The position numbers and the translations under genes are program-made. Under the pieces are notes generated by a model, which saw only the letters and a list, made by a program, of their open reading frames with translations, had not been told where the DNA came from and did not search any database. Positions 1 through 10,007 of a DNA stretch of 64,000 bases are shown one piece after another. The stretch comes from an uncultured archaeon (GTDB taxonomy: Archaea; Thermoplasmatota; Penumbrarchaeia; JASLWR01): assembly GCA_964430885.1 (NCBI GenBank), contig CAYSHM010000007.1, positions 32,001-96,000 of the forward strand, written 5' to 3'. The number at the start of each line of letters is the position of its first letter. Position 1 is the stretch's first letter.

Positions 1-643
1 TACCTTTAGGCATGTAATTTAATTGAATTCTTCTCTTCCCCAACGGATAAAAATATTTGCCGATAAATAATCCCCATAGAACCAAACCGAACCAGGGCAG
101 CAGGGGGAAAAGATCGAAGGACTGGTGATCCGCGGGTTCCAAACCGAGCCATATGAAATAGGGAAATGAGAACTCCATATTCCAAAGCAGTGCTCCAGAT
201 ATCACAAACAGAGCGCCGAAAAACAGATTGGAGTAGTTCAATTTCAGGAAAGGTAAGATCATCACAAGTGATAGGCCAATGAGATGCAGAATGCCGAAGC
301 GCACATACCTTTCAGGAAAAAGAAAAAAAGTGATACCCGTTATCAGCATTCCCAGCATGAAGATCAGAAAACCCCTTTTTGCGAAAGACAAAAATAATTC
401 TGAGTCTTTGGCACCCTTTGATTTCATTCTACTGTACTTCAAGGCGGCCGACACACCTAGGACCGATAGAAACAAAACAGGAATACTCCTTCCGAATATC
501 CACCATCCCCAGCTTTCAAGGGAAAGGGGAATGATACCCAAGTAATCCATGTCGTATGCAGCATGATAGCAGATCATCATGACAACTGCGGCACCCCGAA
601 CAGCGTCGACCTCCCAGAATCTTCGTTTCTCCGAACCTTCCAT
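1..643 (-). CDS. DUF1624 / heparan-alpha-glucosaminide N-acetyltransferase-like membrane protein (3' end runs off window)
   Basis: Not in the ORF track. Manual translation from ATG 643 gives MEGSEKRRFWEVDAVRGAAVVMMICYHAAYDMDYLG, the R-x-x-E-x-D-x-x-R-G...H N-terminal motif of this family. The frame appears open to the window edge. Confidence 0.8.
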   Translation of the reverse strand, partial: MEGSEKRRFWEVDAVRGAAVVMMICYHAAYDMDYLGIIPLSLESWGWWIFGRSIPVLFLSVLGVSAALKYSRMKSKGAKDSELFLSFAKRGFLIFMLGMLITGITFFLFPERYVRFGILHLIGLSLVMILPFLKLNYSNLFFGALFVISGALLWNMEFSFPYFIWLGLEPADHQSFDLFPLLPWFGLVLWGLFIGKYFYPLGKRRIQLNYMPKG

Positions 644-707
644 GTGTACCTTCAATGGTCTTCAAACCCAATAATATTTTAGGCAGAAATGATTATAAAA
701 TTAACAA

Positions 708-733
708 GTCCCAATCAAATATCAAATTGGGAC
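708..733. terminator. Inverted repeat GTCCCAAT-N10-ATTGGGAC downstream of the cupin gene
   Basis: Perfect 8-bp arms about 40 nt after the cupin stop; function is inferred. Confidence 0.35.
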
Positions 734-769
734 CTGGGGCGAGACAATCTTAACGCCCGACCGATTATT

Positions 770-1108
770 TCAAAGTAACCGTGTTGATGTTTTCTGTCTG
801 GGTGATTTGACAACTAGAAATCGGAAATCGGATTCTCCCGAGTTCATCAAACGATGTTTTATCCCCTTCGGGCTCTCGATAAGAGTATCCGTTTCGACTT
901 CCCGGGTCTCATCACCCACCTCAACTGTCCCATTGCCTTCCAGTATATAGAAGAAAACTTCCGTTGGGGTGATATGGGGTAGGAGAGACTGCCCCGGCGA
1001 CAGTTTAATATGAACCGCCTGGGCATTGGGTTTATCGTAAAGCAGTCGGGCATCAACGTTATGCGGGTTCTTCTTTCCAGAAGCTTCCATGGTCTTGATG
1101 ATCTTCAC
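770..1108 (-). CDS. Cupin-domain protein
   Basis: Cupin_2 motifs L-x-PGQ-x-x-x-H...F-Y-I-L-E-G and P-x-G-x-x-H; GGAGGAG SD before the GTG start; directly downstream of hcp. Confidence 0.85.
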   Translation of the reverse strand: MKIIKTMEASGKKNPHNVDARLLYDKPNAQAVHIKLSPGQSLLPHITPTEVFFYILEGNGTVEVGDETREVETDTLIESPKGIKHRLMNSGESDFRFLVVKSPRQKTSTRLL

Positions 1109-1152
1109 ATGATCTCCTCCTGTTTTTAATTGTACTTCAGATGTTTTGGGAC

Positions 1153-2790
1153 CTATTTCATCATTTCCTCGATGTCCTTACCAACATCGGTGTTCGGCCC
1201 TATGTTAAAATTTTCAACCAATATTTTTAGGACATTGGGAGAAACAAATGCTGGAAGTGTGGGGCCTAATCGGATGTTCTTGACGCCAAGGTGCAATAGG
1301 GCCAGAAGAACCAGCACCGCTTTTTGCTCGTACCAGGCAATATTGTATTCAACGGGCAGATCGTTTATATCAACACCCAAATGGTCTGCTAATTTAACTG
1401 CGAAAAGTGCCAGGGAAAAGGAATCGTTACACTGCCCGGCGTCTATGACCCTGGGTATACCACCGATGTCATCGGTTATCAGTTTATTGTACCGGTATTT
1501 GGCGCACCCTGCTGTAAGAATCACTGCATCCTTGGGCAGGGCTTCAGCAAAATTCGAATAGTACTGGCGGGAACGATGCCTACCATCGCACCCTGCCATT
1601 ACCACGAACTTGCTTATCTTCCCCTCAGTTACTGCCTCAAGTACCGTATCCCGAAGGGACCAAAGAGTACGGTGATTGAAACCTCCGGTTATACTGCCTT
1701 TTTCGATTTCTACCGGGGGCTGACATCCCTTTGCGTGCTCAATTATCCCGCTGAAATCCTTTCCTCTCCCGTCCTCCCTGTCAGATATATGATTGAGACC
1801 GTCGAAACCAACCATCCCTGTAGTATATACCCTGTTTCTGTAACCATCTTTCGGTGGTACAAGGCAATTGGTCGTAAGCAGGACCGGACCGTTGAAAGAA
1901 TCGAATTCCGAGGTCTGCTTCCACCATGATCCCCCGTAATTTCCCGTCAGATGAGAATATTTCTTCAATTCAGGATAATAATGGGCCGGAAGCATCTCGC
2001 CATGGGTATATATGTCTACACCGCCGTCCTCTGACTGTTCCAATAGTTCCTTCAGATCCTTCAGGTCGTGACCAGAGACCAATATTCCCGGTCTATGGCC
2101 AACGCCTATATTGACCTCCGAGGGTTCAGGTATGCCATAGGTCGTGGTATTTGCTTCATCCAGAAGGGACATTGTTGTAACACCCAGTTCACCGCATTTC
2201 AGTACCAAACCTAGAAGCTCATCAACAGATTTTTTCTCATCGCCGTAGGCAAGAATGGCCTCATGGATAAATGCGAACAGGCCCGGGTCCCGGTATCCGA
2301 GGACCAAAGCATGGTGCAGGTAGGCTGCCATACCCCTGATGCCGTAAAGCAGAAGTGATGAAAGTGACCTCTTGTCCTCATCCATTATGGATAATTGGCC
2401 CACGCTTGCTGCTTTCATAAGAGCCTCATCCTCATTCACAAAGCTCCAAACAGCGTATTCTGGCAGCTCTCCATTGGATTCCCATCCGTTTTTCTCGAGC
2501 TCAGCTCTGAGAACATCTCTAAGTTTGATTGTTTCCAGGATATATTCTATCATCCTGTCTTTACTGAAATTGGCGTTTGTTATTGTAGAAAATAGATATT
2601 TTACCGCCATATCATCTGCTTCTTTTGAATTGGCTTTCTTTACAGTTAGTTCATTCTGGTAAAACGATAAACCCTTCAGAGCAAAAATAAGAAGATCCTG
2701 CAGATCGCTAACTTCTCCGGTCTTACCGCATACTCCCATTTTCTGGCATGCAATATTCCTACTTGTTTCCTGACATTGATTGCAAAACAT
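1153..2790 (-). CDS. hcp: Hybrid cluster protein (hydroxylamine/NO reductase)
   Basis: N-terminal CNQC-x8-C-x5-CGK cubane motif; hybrid-cluster motifs SGHD, THGEM, TTNC, GCDG, GCAK, GQCND and WYEQKA. Start placed at ATG 2790 after AGGTGA (track starts at 2805). Confidence 0.97.
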   Translation of the reverse strand: MFCNQCQETSRNIACQKMGVCGKTGEVSDLQDLLIFALKGLSFYQNELTVKKANSKEADDMAVKYLFSTITNANFSKDRMIEYILETIKLRDVLRAELEKNGWESNGELPEYAVWSFVNEDEALMKAASVGQLSIMDEDKRSLSSLLLYGIRGMAAYLHHALVLGYRDPGLFAFIHEAILAYGDEKKSVDELLGLVLKCGELGVTTMSLLDEANTTTYGIPEPSEVNIGVGHRPGILVSGHDLKDLKELLEQSEDGGVDIYTHGEMLPAHYYPELKKYSHLTGNYGGSWWKQTSEFDSFNGPVLLTTNCLVPPKDGYRNRVYTTGMVGFDGLNHISDREDGRGKDFSGIIEHAKGCQPPVEIEKGSITGGFNHRTLWSLRDTVLEAVTEGKISKFVVMAGCDGRHRSRQYYSNFAEALPKDAVILTAGCAKYRYNKLITDDIGGIPRVIDAGQCNDSFSLALFAVKLADHLGVDINDLPVEYNIAWYEQKAVLVLLALLHLGVKNIRLGPTLPAFVSPNVLKILVENFNIGPNTDVGKDIEEMMK

Positions 2791-2919
2791 TTTTTCACCT
2801 GTCAATAAGATATATTTTTTATACTAAATAGTTTAATGATACTTTGATATATAAATGAAGGAGTTACTATAAGTATACCGTGTACCACCAATATTTAATA
2901 ATAACTGAGGGAAAAATAA

Positions 2920-3231
2920 TTATTTCTTCGGTATAATCAAAGTCAATAGATCCCTCAACTCATCCTTTGTACTATTATCATCCCTATGATAGAAAAGCCA
3001 TATCTCAAGCTCCCCCTTGCGGGTCTTTTCCTTAGGAACTAATTTGCACTCGTATTCCTCCATGCCTGAACTTGAAAAACCATGAATGCGTTCTCCGAAA
3101 TCCGAAGAACGGAATATCTCCACCCGTCCCTTTTCACCTCCAATAATTATCACCCTTTGATTCTCATCTAGATCAACAGAATAGTTTTCAGGGTAATGGA
3201 TCGAGCAGAAATCATGATCAAAGGTCTTCAT
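2920..3231 (-). CDS. Hypothetical protein
   Basis: 103-aa ORF with an SD-like GAGGCTGA upstream, filling the gap; no motif recognised. Confidence 0.55.
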   Translation of the reverse strand: MKTFDHDFCSIHYPENYSVDLDENQRVIIIGGEKGRVEIFRSSDFGERIHGFSSSGMEEYECKLVPKEKTRKGELEIWLFYHRDDNSTKDELRDLLTLIIPKK

Positions 3232-3377
3232 ATCATCAGCCTCTCAATAACAATTTGGAATCCATATCTAATGGGGCTCAATGAATATAAATATTGGCCG
3301 CTGTTAAGTAGATATAAAATCCATATTAAGTAATTTTTGTATATCAATTATTAAATATAGAGTCAATTACACAGCAT

Positions 3378-3737
3378 ATGCATCGAAACTGTACGGTATA
3401 CCAAACCATAGATCTAGTAGCGAAGAAATGGTCCATGCTAATACTATTGGAGCTTTACAGAGAAGGTGGAGGGTGGAAAAGGTATTCCACTATCAAAAGG
3501 GGAGTTATGGGAATAACCCCGAAAATGCTCTCCGAAAGACTCAAGGAGCTCGAGGAAACTAGACTTATCAATCGGAAAGTAGACCATTCCAATATACCTA
3601 TCAAGGTCAAATATGAGCTAACAGAGATGGGTCTTGATCTTATAGATGTCATCAAGGGGTTTAAAAGCTGGGCCCACCGTTGGATCGTTGAGAACAAAGT
3701 CTGCGCTAGCCTAGACTGCAGTGAATGCACCCTTTGA
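3378..3737 (+). CDS. HxlR/DUF24-family winged-helix transcriptional regulator with Cys-rich C-terminus
   Basis: C-x-V...KKWSMLIL, ITPKMLSERLKELE and P-x-KVKYELT-x-x-G motifs; C-terminal C-x4-C-x2-C. Confidence 0.92.
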   Translation: MHRNCTVYQTIDLVAKKWSMLILLELYREGGGWKRYSTIKRGVMGITPKMLSERLKELEETRLINRKVDHSNIPIKVKYELTEMGLDLIDVIKGFKSWAHRWIVENKVCASLDCSECTL

Positions 3738-3825
3738 ATACCTACAGCTTTGTTTTCACCGCTGAAATAATCATACCGAATTTTTGCGATGGTTATTCTT
3801 TTATAATATCATAATAATCCTTAAC

Positions 3826-3854
3826 CGTAGCACGATTTTTATTAAGTTGCTACG
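3826..3854. promoter_or_regulatory. Candidate NikR operator CGTAGCA-N15-TGCTACG enclosing a TATA-like TTTTTATTAA
   Basis: Perfect 7-bp inverted repeat 35 nt upstream of the Ni/Co transporter. The GTA...TAC architecture resembles the E. coli NikR site GTATGA-N16-TCATAC, and nikR is at 59325. Confidence 0.6.
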
Positions 3855-3888
3855 ATTTGAAGAATCAATAAAACAGGTTCACAGGTGA

Positions 3889-4605
3889 TTGAATTTGACA
3901 TTATCATTCTCAGTTCTGGCAGGAACCGCTTTCATCATAGCACTGACCCACACCCTTTTGGGGCCTGACCATTATATGCCTTTCATCGTACTTTCAAAAT
4001 CCAGGGGGTGGAAAATAAAGAAAACACTTCTTATCACCCTTTTATGCGGAATAGGACATGTTCTCAGCTCAATACTTCTAGGGGCAATAGGTCTGGCCTT
4101 AGGTATCGCCCTTACAAGCCTTGAGACCATCGAATCATACCGAGGCGAGATCGCGGCATGGTTTCTCTTTATTTTCGGCATTACTTATCTAGTATGGGGA
4201 ATACACCGAGCTGTTAAGAATAAGCCTCATAAACATATCCATCATCATATGGACGGAACAAAGCACGCCCACGAGCATACTCACCGCGACATGCACACCC
4301 ACGTCCACCCGGACAAGAAGAAAAAACTGACCCCATGGGTGCTATTCATCATATTTGTTTTCGGGCCCTGCGAACCCCTGATACCGCTTCTCATGTTCCC
4401 TGCTCTCGACCACAGTCCTGTTACTGTAGTAGCTGTGGCTCTGATTTTCGGAATAACTACCATCGCTACAATGCTGGGTATAGTGACACTTTCCCATTAC
4501 GGGCTCTCAAGGATCGTCAGTCCCAAGGTAGAGAGGTTCGGCCATCCCATAGCAGGTGCAGTTCTGGTATTGTGCGGTGTTGCCATACTGTTTATTGGGT
4601 TGTGA
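3889..4605 (+). CDS. His-rich nickel/cobalt transporter (NiCoT/UreH/RcnA-like)
   Basis: H-x-x-x-G-P-D-H TM motif, His-rich loop (HKHIHHH...HAHEHTH...HTHVH), GPCE motif and about 6 TM helices. Confidence 0.85.
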   Translation: MNLTLSFSVLAGTAFIIALTHTLLGPDHYMPFIVLSKSRGWKIKKTLLITLLCGIGHVLSSILLGAIGLALGIALTSLETIESYRGEIAAWFLFIFGITYLVWGIHRAVKNKPHKHIHHHMDGTKHAHEHTHRDMHTHVHPDKKKKLTPWVLFIIFVFGPCEPLIPLLMFPALDHSPVTVVAVALIFGITTIATMLGIVTLSHYGLSRIVSPKVERFGHPIAGAVLVLCGVAILFIGL

Positions 4606-4649
4606 TCCGGGAGGATCCAATATGACTGAAATCTGCCCGGTAATGACTT

Positions 4650-5885
4650 CTAGACCCCTGCGAAGAGCGCGGCGAAAACTTTGCAGTCGCCCATTAGATT
4701 CTTTTTGTAGATGAACTCATTTGGTGCGTGCGCCTGATGAGCTATTCTGCTCCAGACCGCTGCGTTGAAACCAGCCCGTCTGAAAATGGCTCCGCATGTG
4801 CCCCCGCCTATGCCGCCGGGTTTGGGTTCCACCCTGTAAACGTATCTTATCGCGTCCATGAGCCGGGTCACAATAGGGGCATCGGCTGGGGTCGGAGGTG
4901 CTGCTCGGTCATAGTTCTCCTTCTCTACGGTGATCGTTACATTGAACTCCTTCTCTATCTCAAAGGCGAGCTCTTTCATATCTCTGAGAATATCCTCGGG
5001 ATCATAATCAGGCAAAATCCTCATATCGAAAAAGGAGATATCCTCACCGGGAATGGTGTTGATGTTTCCCACATTGGGTAGTCTTCTGGTAGGTTCGAAA
5101 GTGGATTCAGGCGGATCGAAGAGATCGTCCTGATAATTGTACTTGCTGTGGAGCATCTCATCTGCCTTTATCAGATATTTCATGGCTGCTCTGTTGGCAT
5201 TGTTGCCCTGATCGGGTGATGAGGCATGGCACTGCTTGCCTATGGTGGTGACTTTGAGCCACATTATACTCTTTTCTGATATCTCAATAAAACTTCCGTC
5301 TGGCAGTCCGAAATCAGGTACAAGTATCAGATCCTTTTCCTTGTTGAAAAGCTGGGTGTTCTTGACCAGGTATTTTATCCCGTAGGTTGAACCCACTTCC
5401 TCATCGGCCACAAATGCCAGACCTATATTGTAATCGTGTTTGATACCTGTATCCAAGATAGCTTTGGCAGCGAATAGAGAGGCGATAAGGGACTGTGTGT
5501 TATCCTCCACTCCCCGGCCTATTATCCGGTCCTCGGTTTCCACTGGTTCGTATGGGTCGGTATCCCAAAGTTTCATATCTCCCTCGGGGACTACATCGGT
5601 ATGAGCAACTGACCAGATGGTGCCTTTATCAGGCTGTTTTCCTGCTACAAGCGCTATGATGTTCGGCCTGAATTCAGCTGAGACCCTCTTGTCTGGAGCC
5701 TTAACTATCTTCACATCCTCAAAACCCATCTCCCGCATAATATGTACCAGATATTTTGCTTTTTCAAGCTCTCCGTCGCCTTCGTTCTCAGGAGCCAGTG
5801 CCTTGATCCTAACAACATTCATCAGCGTATCGTACATCTGCCTCTCGTAGCTGTTGATCTTCTCAAATACATTTTCCATGTTCAT
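4650..5885 (-). CDS. M20-family metallo-hydrolase (DapE/ArgE-like)
   Basis: AHTDVVP, GRGVEDN, DEEVGS, G-x-x-x-HAS-x-P, GGGT and AHAPNE motifs. Confidence 0.92.
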   Translation of the reverse strand: MNMENVFEKINSYERQMYDTLMNVVRIKALAPENEGDGELEKAKYLVHIMREMGFEDVKIVKAPDKRVSAEFRPNIIALVAGKQPDKGTIWSVAHTDVVPEGDMKLWDTDPYEPVETEDRIIGRGVEDNTQSLIASLFAAKAILDTGIKHDYNIGLAFVADEEVGSTYGIKYLVKNTQLFNKEKDLILVPDFGLPDGSFIEISEKSIMWLKVTTIGKQCHASSPDQGNNANRAAMKYLIKADEMLHSKYNYQDDLFDPPESTFEPTRRLPNVGNINTIPGEDISFFDMRILPDYDPEDILRDMKELAFEIEKEFNVTITVEKENYDRAAPPTPADAPIVTRLMDAIRYVYRVEPKPGGIGGGTCGAIFRRAGFNAAVWSRIAHQAHAPNEFIYKKNLMGDCKVFAALFAGV

Positions 5886-6123
5886 ACTACCACTCCGATA
5901 TCAAAAACTTCAATCTCTAACTGTCTAAACCAATAATGTTTTAATATTTCTCTTTTACCTATATAGTTGGTTCTCAATGAAGTAAGAAAGTTCCCGGCAT
6001 GCTTATCTAGATTCCTTTTTTCCTTCCAGGTACCCCCTTAACTCTAATAAGATTGGAATGATACCTTAATGACCATAATGTTTTATATAGAAGTTATAGC
6101 ATATTCCTGCCGAGGTGTTTTAT

Positions 6124-7749
6124 ATGATGGGAGGTCAACCAGTTATACTACTTAAAGAAGGTACTAGAAGAGACAGGGGCAAATCAGCCCAGAGCAATAA
6201 TATCAAGGCTGCAAAGGCCATATCCGAAGCGGTAAGATCAACCCTTGGACCCAAGGGCATGGACAAGATGCTAGTGGATTCAATGGGTGATGTAGTGATC
6301 ACAAACGACGGTGTTACCATACTCAAGGAGATCGATGTTGAGCACCCGGCCGCCAAGATGGTAATTGAAGTGGCCAAGACACTGGATGAGGAATGCGGCG
6401 ACGGAACCACCACTGCCGTTGTCCTGGCAGGGGAACTGTTGAAACGTTCAGAGGAACTCATCGAACAGAATGTCCACCCAACGCTCATCATTTCCGGTTA
6501 CAGGAAAGCTGCGGGGAAAGCAAGCCAGATATACAAGGAACTCGCTATAGAGATCGATTGGAATGACAAGGAAATGCTGGCCGCATTGTCCAATACTTCC
6601 ATGACAGGAAAGAACGCTGAAATAATCAAGGAACATCTTTCCAAACTGGCAATAGAGGCGGTTCTCAGTGTGGCAGAGAAGGAGGACGAAGGGTACATCG
6701 TGGACCAGGCCAATATCAAGGTGGAGAAGAAACAGGGAGCCACAGGTGAGGAATCCAGCATTATTGACGGCATTATAATCGACAAGGACAGGGTTCATTC
6801 AGGAATGCCCAGGAGAATCAGAGAAGCGAAGATAGCACTGGTCAACTCGGCCTTCGAGGTAAAGAAGACCGAGGTCGATGCAAAGATATCCATCAGGGAC
6901 CCGTCCCAACTGCAGGAATTTTTGGATCAGGAGGAAAGAGCTCTTAGGAAATACATCGATGTGATCAAGGAAGCAGGGGCAAATGTGGTCATATGTCAGA
7001 AAGGCATCGATGATCTGGCACAGCATTTCCTTGCCAAGGAAGGAATATTCGCAATAAGAAGGGCAAAGAAATCCGATATGGAAAAACTCTCCAAAGCCAC
7101 CAGTGCTAGGATAATCACCAGTATTACCGACATTGCCGCCGATGATCTGGGATATGCGGAGATCGTGGAGGAGAAAAAGATATCCGACGACAAGATGACC
7201 TTCGTCAAAGGCTGCAAGAATCCCAAAGCCGTTTCCGTCCTTATCAGAGGCACCACTGAACATGTGGTTGATGAACTGGAAAGAGCTTTTCAGGATGCGC
7301 TCGGAGTGGTAGCTACAGCTGTTGAGGAGAACAAGATCATCGCGGGAGGGGGATCCATGCATGTGGAGATCGCCCAGAGGCTCAAGGAATATGCTGCCTT
7401 TGTAGGCGGAAGGGAGCAGATGGCAATAGAGGAGTTCGCCAATGCCATAGAGATCATCCCAAGAACTCTAGCTGAGAATGCAGGTCTTGACCCGGTCAAT
7501 ACACTGATAGATCTGAGAAAGGCTCACAAGGAAGGAAATGTACACGCGGGTCTGGATGTGTTCACAGGCAAGGTCATCAACATGCTCAAGGCAAATGTGG
7601 TGGAACCCCTTAAAGTGGGACTTCAGACCATGGGCTCAGCAACAGAAGCATCGGTCATGATCCTCCGGATCGACGATGTCATTGCGGCAAAGGAGATGTC
7701 CGGACCTGTACCCGGTGGAGCAGGAATGGGCGGTATGCCTCCAATGTGA
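6124..7749 (+). CDS. ths: Thermosome (group II chaperonin) subunit
   Basis: [20 protein letters not shown] and GDGTTT motifs, GGM-rich tail; start after the GAGGTG SD. Confidence 0.98.
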   Translation: MMGGQPVILLKEGTRRDRGKSAQSNNIKAAKAISEAVRSTLGPKGMDKMLVDSMGDVVITNDGVTILKEIDVEHPAAKMVIEVAKTLDEECGDGTTTAVVLAGELLKRSEELIEQNVHPTLIISGYRKAAGKASQIYKELAIEIDWNDKEMLAALSNTSMTGKNAEIIKEHLSKLAIEAVLSVAEKEDEGYIVDQANIKVEKKQGATGEESSIIDGIIIDKDRVHSGMPRRIREAKIALVNSAFEVKKTEVDAKISIRDPSQLQEFLDQEERALRKYIDVIKEAGANVVICQKGIDDLAQHFLAKEGIFAIRRAKKSDMEKLSKATSARIITSITDIAADDLGYAEIVEEKKISDDKMTFVKGCKNPKAVSVLIRGTTEHVVDELERAFQDALGVVATAVEENKIIAGGGSMHVEIAQRLKEYAAFVGGREQMAIEEFANAIEIIPRTLAENAGLDPVNTLIDLRKAHKEGNVHAGLDVFTGKVINMLKANVVEPLKVGLQTMGSATEASVMILRIDDVIAAKEMSGPVPGGAGMGGMPPM

Positions 7750-7790
7750 TCGATATTGAAAAATATTATAATAATTCCGATTTGTAATAC

Positions 7791-7825
7791 CGGGGGTGAT
7801 AATTCACCTCCGCGTTATTTCTTTT
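7791..7825 (+). terminator. Hairpin plus T-rich tract between convergent thermosome and endonuclease IV genes
   Basis: CGGGGGTGA-TAAT-TCACCTCCG (one G-U pair) followed by TTATTTCTTTTT. Confidence 0.55.
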
Positions 7826-7833
7826 TACCATTC

Positions 7834-8667
7834 TTAATATCTCAATTCGTCATATAGGTTTTTCATGAGAATTGCATCATCCTCAATATTGGGACTTTCC
7901 GATATTGCCACACCTCTGCAGTCAAAATCACAGAGCGCACGGATTAGATCCCTGTAATTGAGATCGGAATCATCCAGTTCAAGGTGTTTCTGTTCGCCTT
8001 TTTCCCCGTACTGGACACCGGAAATGTGCATATGCATATCCCTTAGTTCCCCAGAGCCCAACCTGTCCTCTATGAGACCCAGAACCGTGGAGAACTCATC
8101 ATAGCTGTTGTATTCTCCTTTATATGCATGAAGATGAGCAAAATCAATACAGGGGTGGAGCCCTTCCAATTCATCGCATATTTCCAAGAGCTCATCAAGC
8201 TTTCCAAATGATTTGGCCTTTCCCATCAATTCCGGACATACCCTGATATCATTCCCCTCGTCCTCCAATACACTCAGCACTTCAGTAAGCCCTTTCTTTA
8301 CAAGCTCCAAGGTCTTACCCACATCATCCTTGTAATAATATCCCGCATGAAAAGTTATAGACCTAGCACCGCATTTCCAACCAGCTCTAGCGGTTCTCAA
8401 GATCCGCTCAACTGAACTCCTCCGGACATCCAGTTTAAGTGAAGCGAGGTTTATCCAATATGGACCATGGGCGGTAAGATGCACCCTGTTCTCCTCTGCT
8501 CTTCTTCTGACATCTTCTGCAAGGGTGTCACTCATCCTTACTCCCCTTACAAATTCAAGCTCCATAACATCCAGATCCAGTTCCCTCACCCTCCGTACAC
8601 CGTTCGGAGATGTAGGGTTCTTGGTTGACAGGGGTATTCCCGCACATCCGAAATATATTTTTTTCAT
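7834..8667 (-). CDS. nfo: Endonuclease IV (AP endonuclease 2, TIM barrel)
   Basis: Zn ligands in HGPYWINL, FHAG, PELMG, CIDFAH, HMHISG and ESP motifs. Confidence 0.9.
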   Translation of the reverse strand: MKKIYFGCAGIPLSTKNPTSPNGVRRVRELDLDVMELEFVRGVRMSDTLAEDVRRRAEENRVHLTAHGPYWINLASLKLDVRRSSVERILRTARAGWKCGARSITFHAGYYYKDDVGKTLELVKKGLTEVLSVLEDEGNDIRVCPELMGKAKSFGKLDELLEICDELEGLHPCIDFAHLHAYKGEYNSYDEFSTVLGLIEDRLGSGELRDMHMHISGVQYGEKGEQKHLELDDSDLNYRDLIRALCDFDCRGVAISESPNIEDDAILMKNLYDELRY

Positions 8668-8842
8668 TTTCTGCACCAAAGCTAACCGATTTATCGATAG
8701 AACGCGGCCCGATGGAAAAAGCAGTTCTTTTCGGTTACAATATAAAGGAATTATTATATATCTGTATCATATTAGCATTGATATATAATATTACTCAAGA
8801 ACAAAATTACAATATTACTAACTGAATATTACGGTGATGAAT

Positions 8843-9187
8843 ATGCCCAAGGAAGCGGATGACCTATCAGAAAAATACGATTCAGAACTATGGAGATATT
8901 TCAAAGGACAAAAGGTCAGGGCCTTGGTGGGCCTGCAGGTCAGGACTGAACGGGGAGATGAATTGGCCCGCGAACTTGTTGAGGAGGAGAGTATCACCGA
9001 CCTGTACATGGTTACTGGTGATGTGGACATCCTGATGATGGTTGAAGCCGATGACCTGCAGAAGCTGTCGGATTATATTATCAAAAAGATCGCCAAGATA
9101 GACGGTGTTCTGAAAACAAAATCAATGCTTATCCTTACTAGCTATAAAGAAAACGACAGGGTAATTCTCAATATCCCCGAAGAGTAA
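8843..9187 (+). CDS. Stand-alone Lrp/AsnC ligand-binding (RAM) domain protein
   Basis: Y-x-VTGDVDIL and I-x-x-IDGV-x-x-T-x-S motifs; no HTH visible. Confidence 0.85.
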   Translation: MPKEADDLSEKYDSELWRYFKGQKVRALVGLQVRTERGDELARELVEEESITDLYMVTGDVDILMMVEADDLQKLSDYIIKKIAKIDGVLKTKSMLILTSYKENDRVILNIPEE

Positions 9188-9272
9188 TATATCTTTTAGA
9201 AAAAGAGAAGGAATGAATGGTCATCCCCCCTCTGTTTTACCTATGATGGATATTCTTTTTTTTTTGAATATT

Positions 9273-9764
9273 CTAAAAGCCAGGTTTCTTCATGGCGGTC
9301 ATCTGGGGAACCAGCTGTACAATATCTTTGAGGACCGATTCCTTCTGAGCCATGATCTTTACGATGTCCTTGGCCATGGCCTCGTCGAATCCTGCTTCCT
9401 TGAGATGGGTATAATAGCTGTAGAAGAATTTAGCCCTGTGCTCCAGGTACTTTCCGTAGAAATACTTGTCCAGGGTTTCCTCGAGATGGGGGAGGAAAAT
9501 GTTGTCAATCATTGAGAAGAACATCTCCTTGTTCTCCAGCATGGGACCTACCTTGCTCATCATTCCTCCTATCTTCCCACCGGGCCCTCCGCCCATGGAA
9601 CCCATTCCCGGACCGAAATCGCCATCCCCTCCTCCTGGAGATCCTCCGAAATCAAAGGAATCCTGGGATTCGTTGACATCCTCATACTGCTCGTTCATCT
9701 CTTCCTCATTCTGTTCATTTTCATTGTTTTCGTCTAACATAATTGCCCTTAAGGAAATTGACAT
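9273..9764 (-). CDS. Hypothetical protein with acidic N-terminus and Gly/Met/Pro-rich linker
   Basis: 163-aa ORF with typical codon usage; start uncertain (9764 or 9740). Confidence 0.7.
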   Translation of the reverse strand: MSISLRAIMLDENNENEQNEEEMNEQYEDVNESQDSFDFGGSPGGGDGDFGPGMGSMGGGPGGKIGGMMSKVGPMLENKEMFFSMIDNIFLPHLEETLDKYFYGKYLEHRAKFFYSYYTHLKEAGFDEAMAKDIVKIMAQKESVLKDIVQLVPQMTAMKKPGF

Positions 9765-10007
9765 AATTAAATATTTCCTGAAGTGTTTCAGCTCATTAGA
9801 ATCTTCATAGGTGATGTGTGGACATTAATAATTACACGATAGGAAAAAAATATCTATATCTTATTCAGTATCGGAATTTGAAGGGGCTCATGTTAACATT
9901 ATTTCAAAGGTTATGAATGGGAAAATGAAATAATGACCCCAAAAGCATAAAATAATAAATTAACACACTTGAAGTTATCACATTAAATTCAGCATTTTTA
10001 CTAACGG

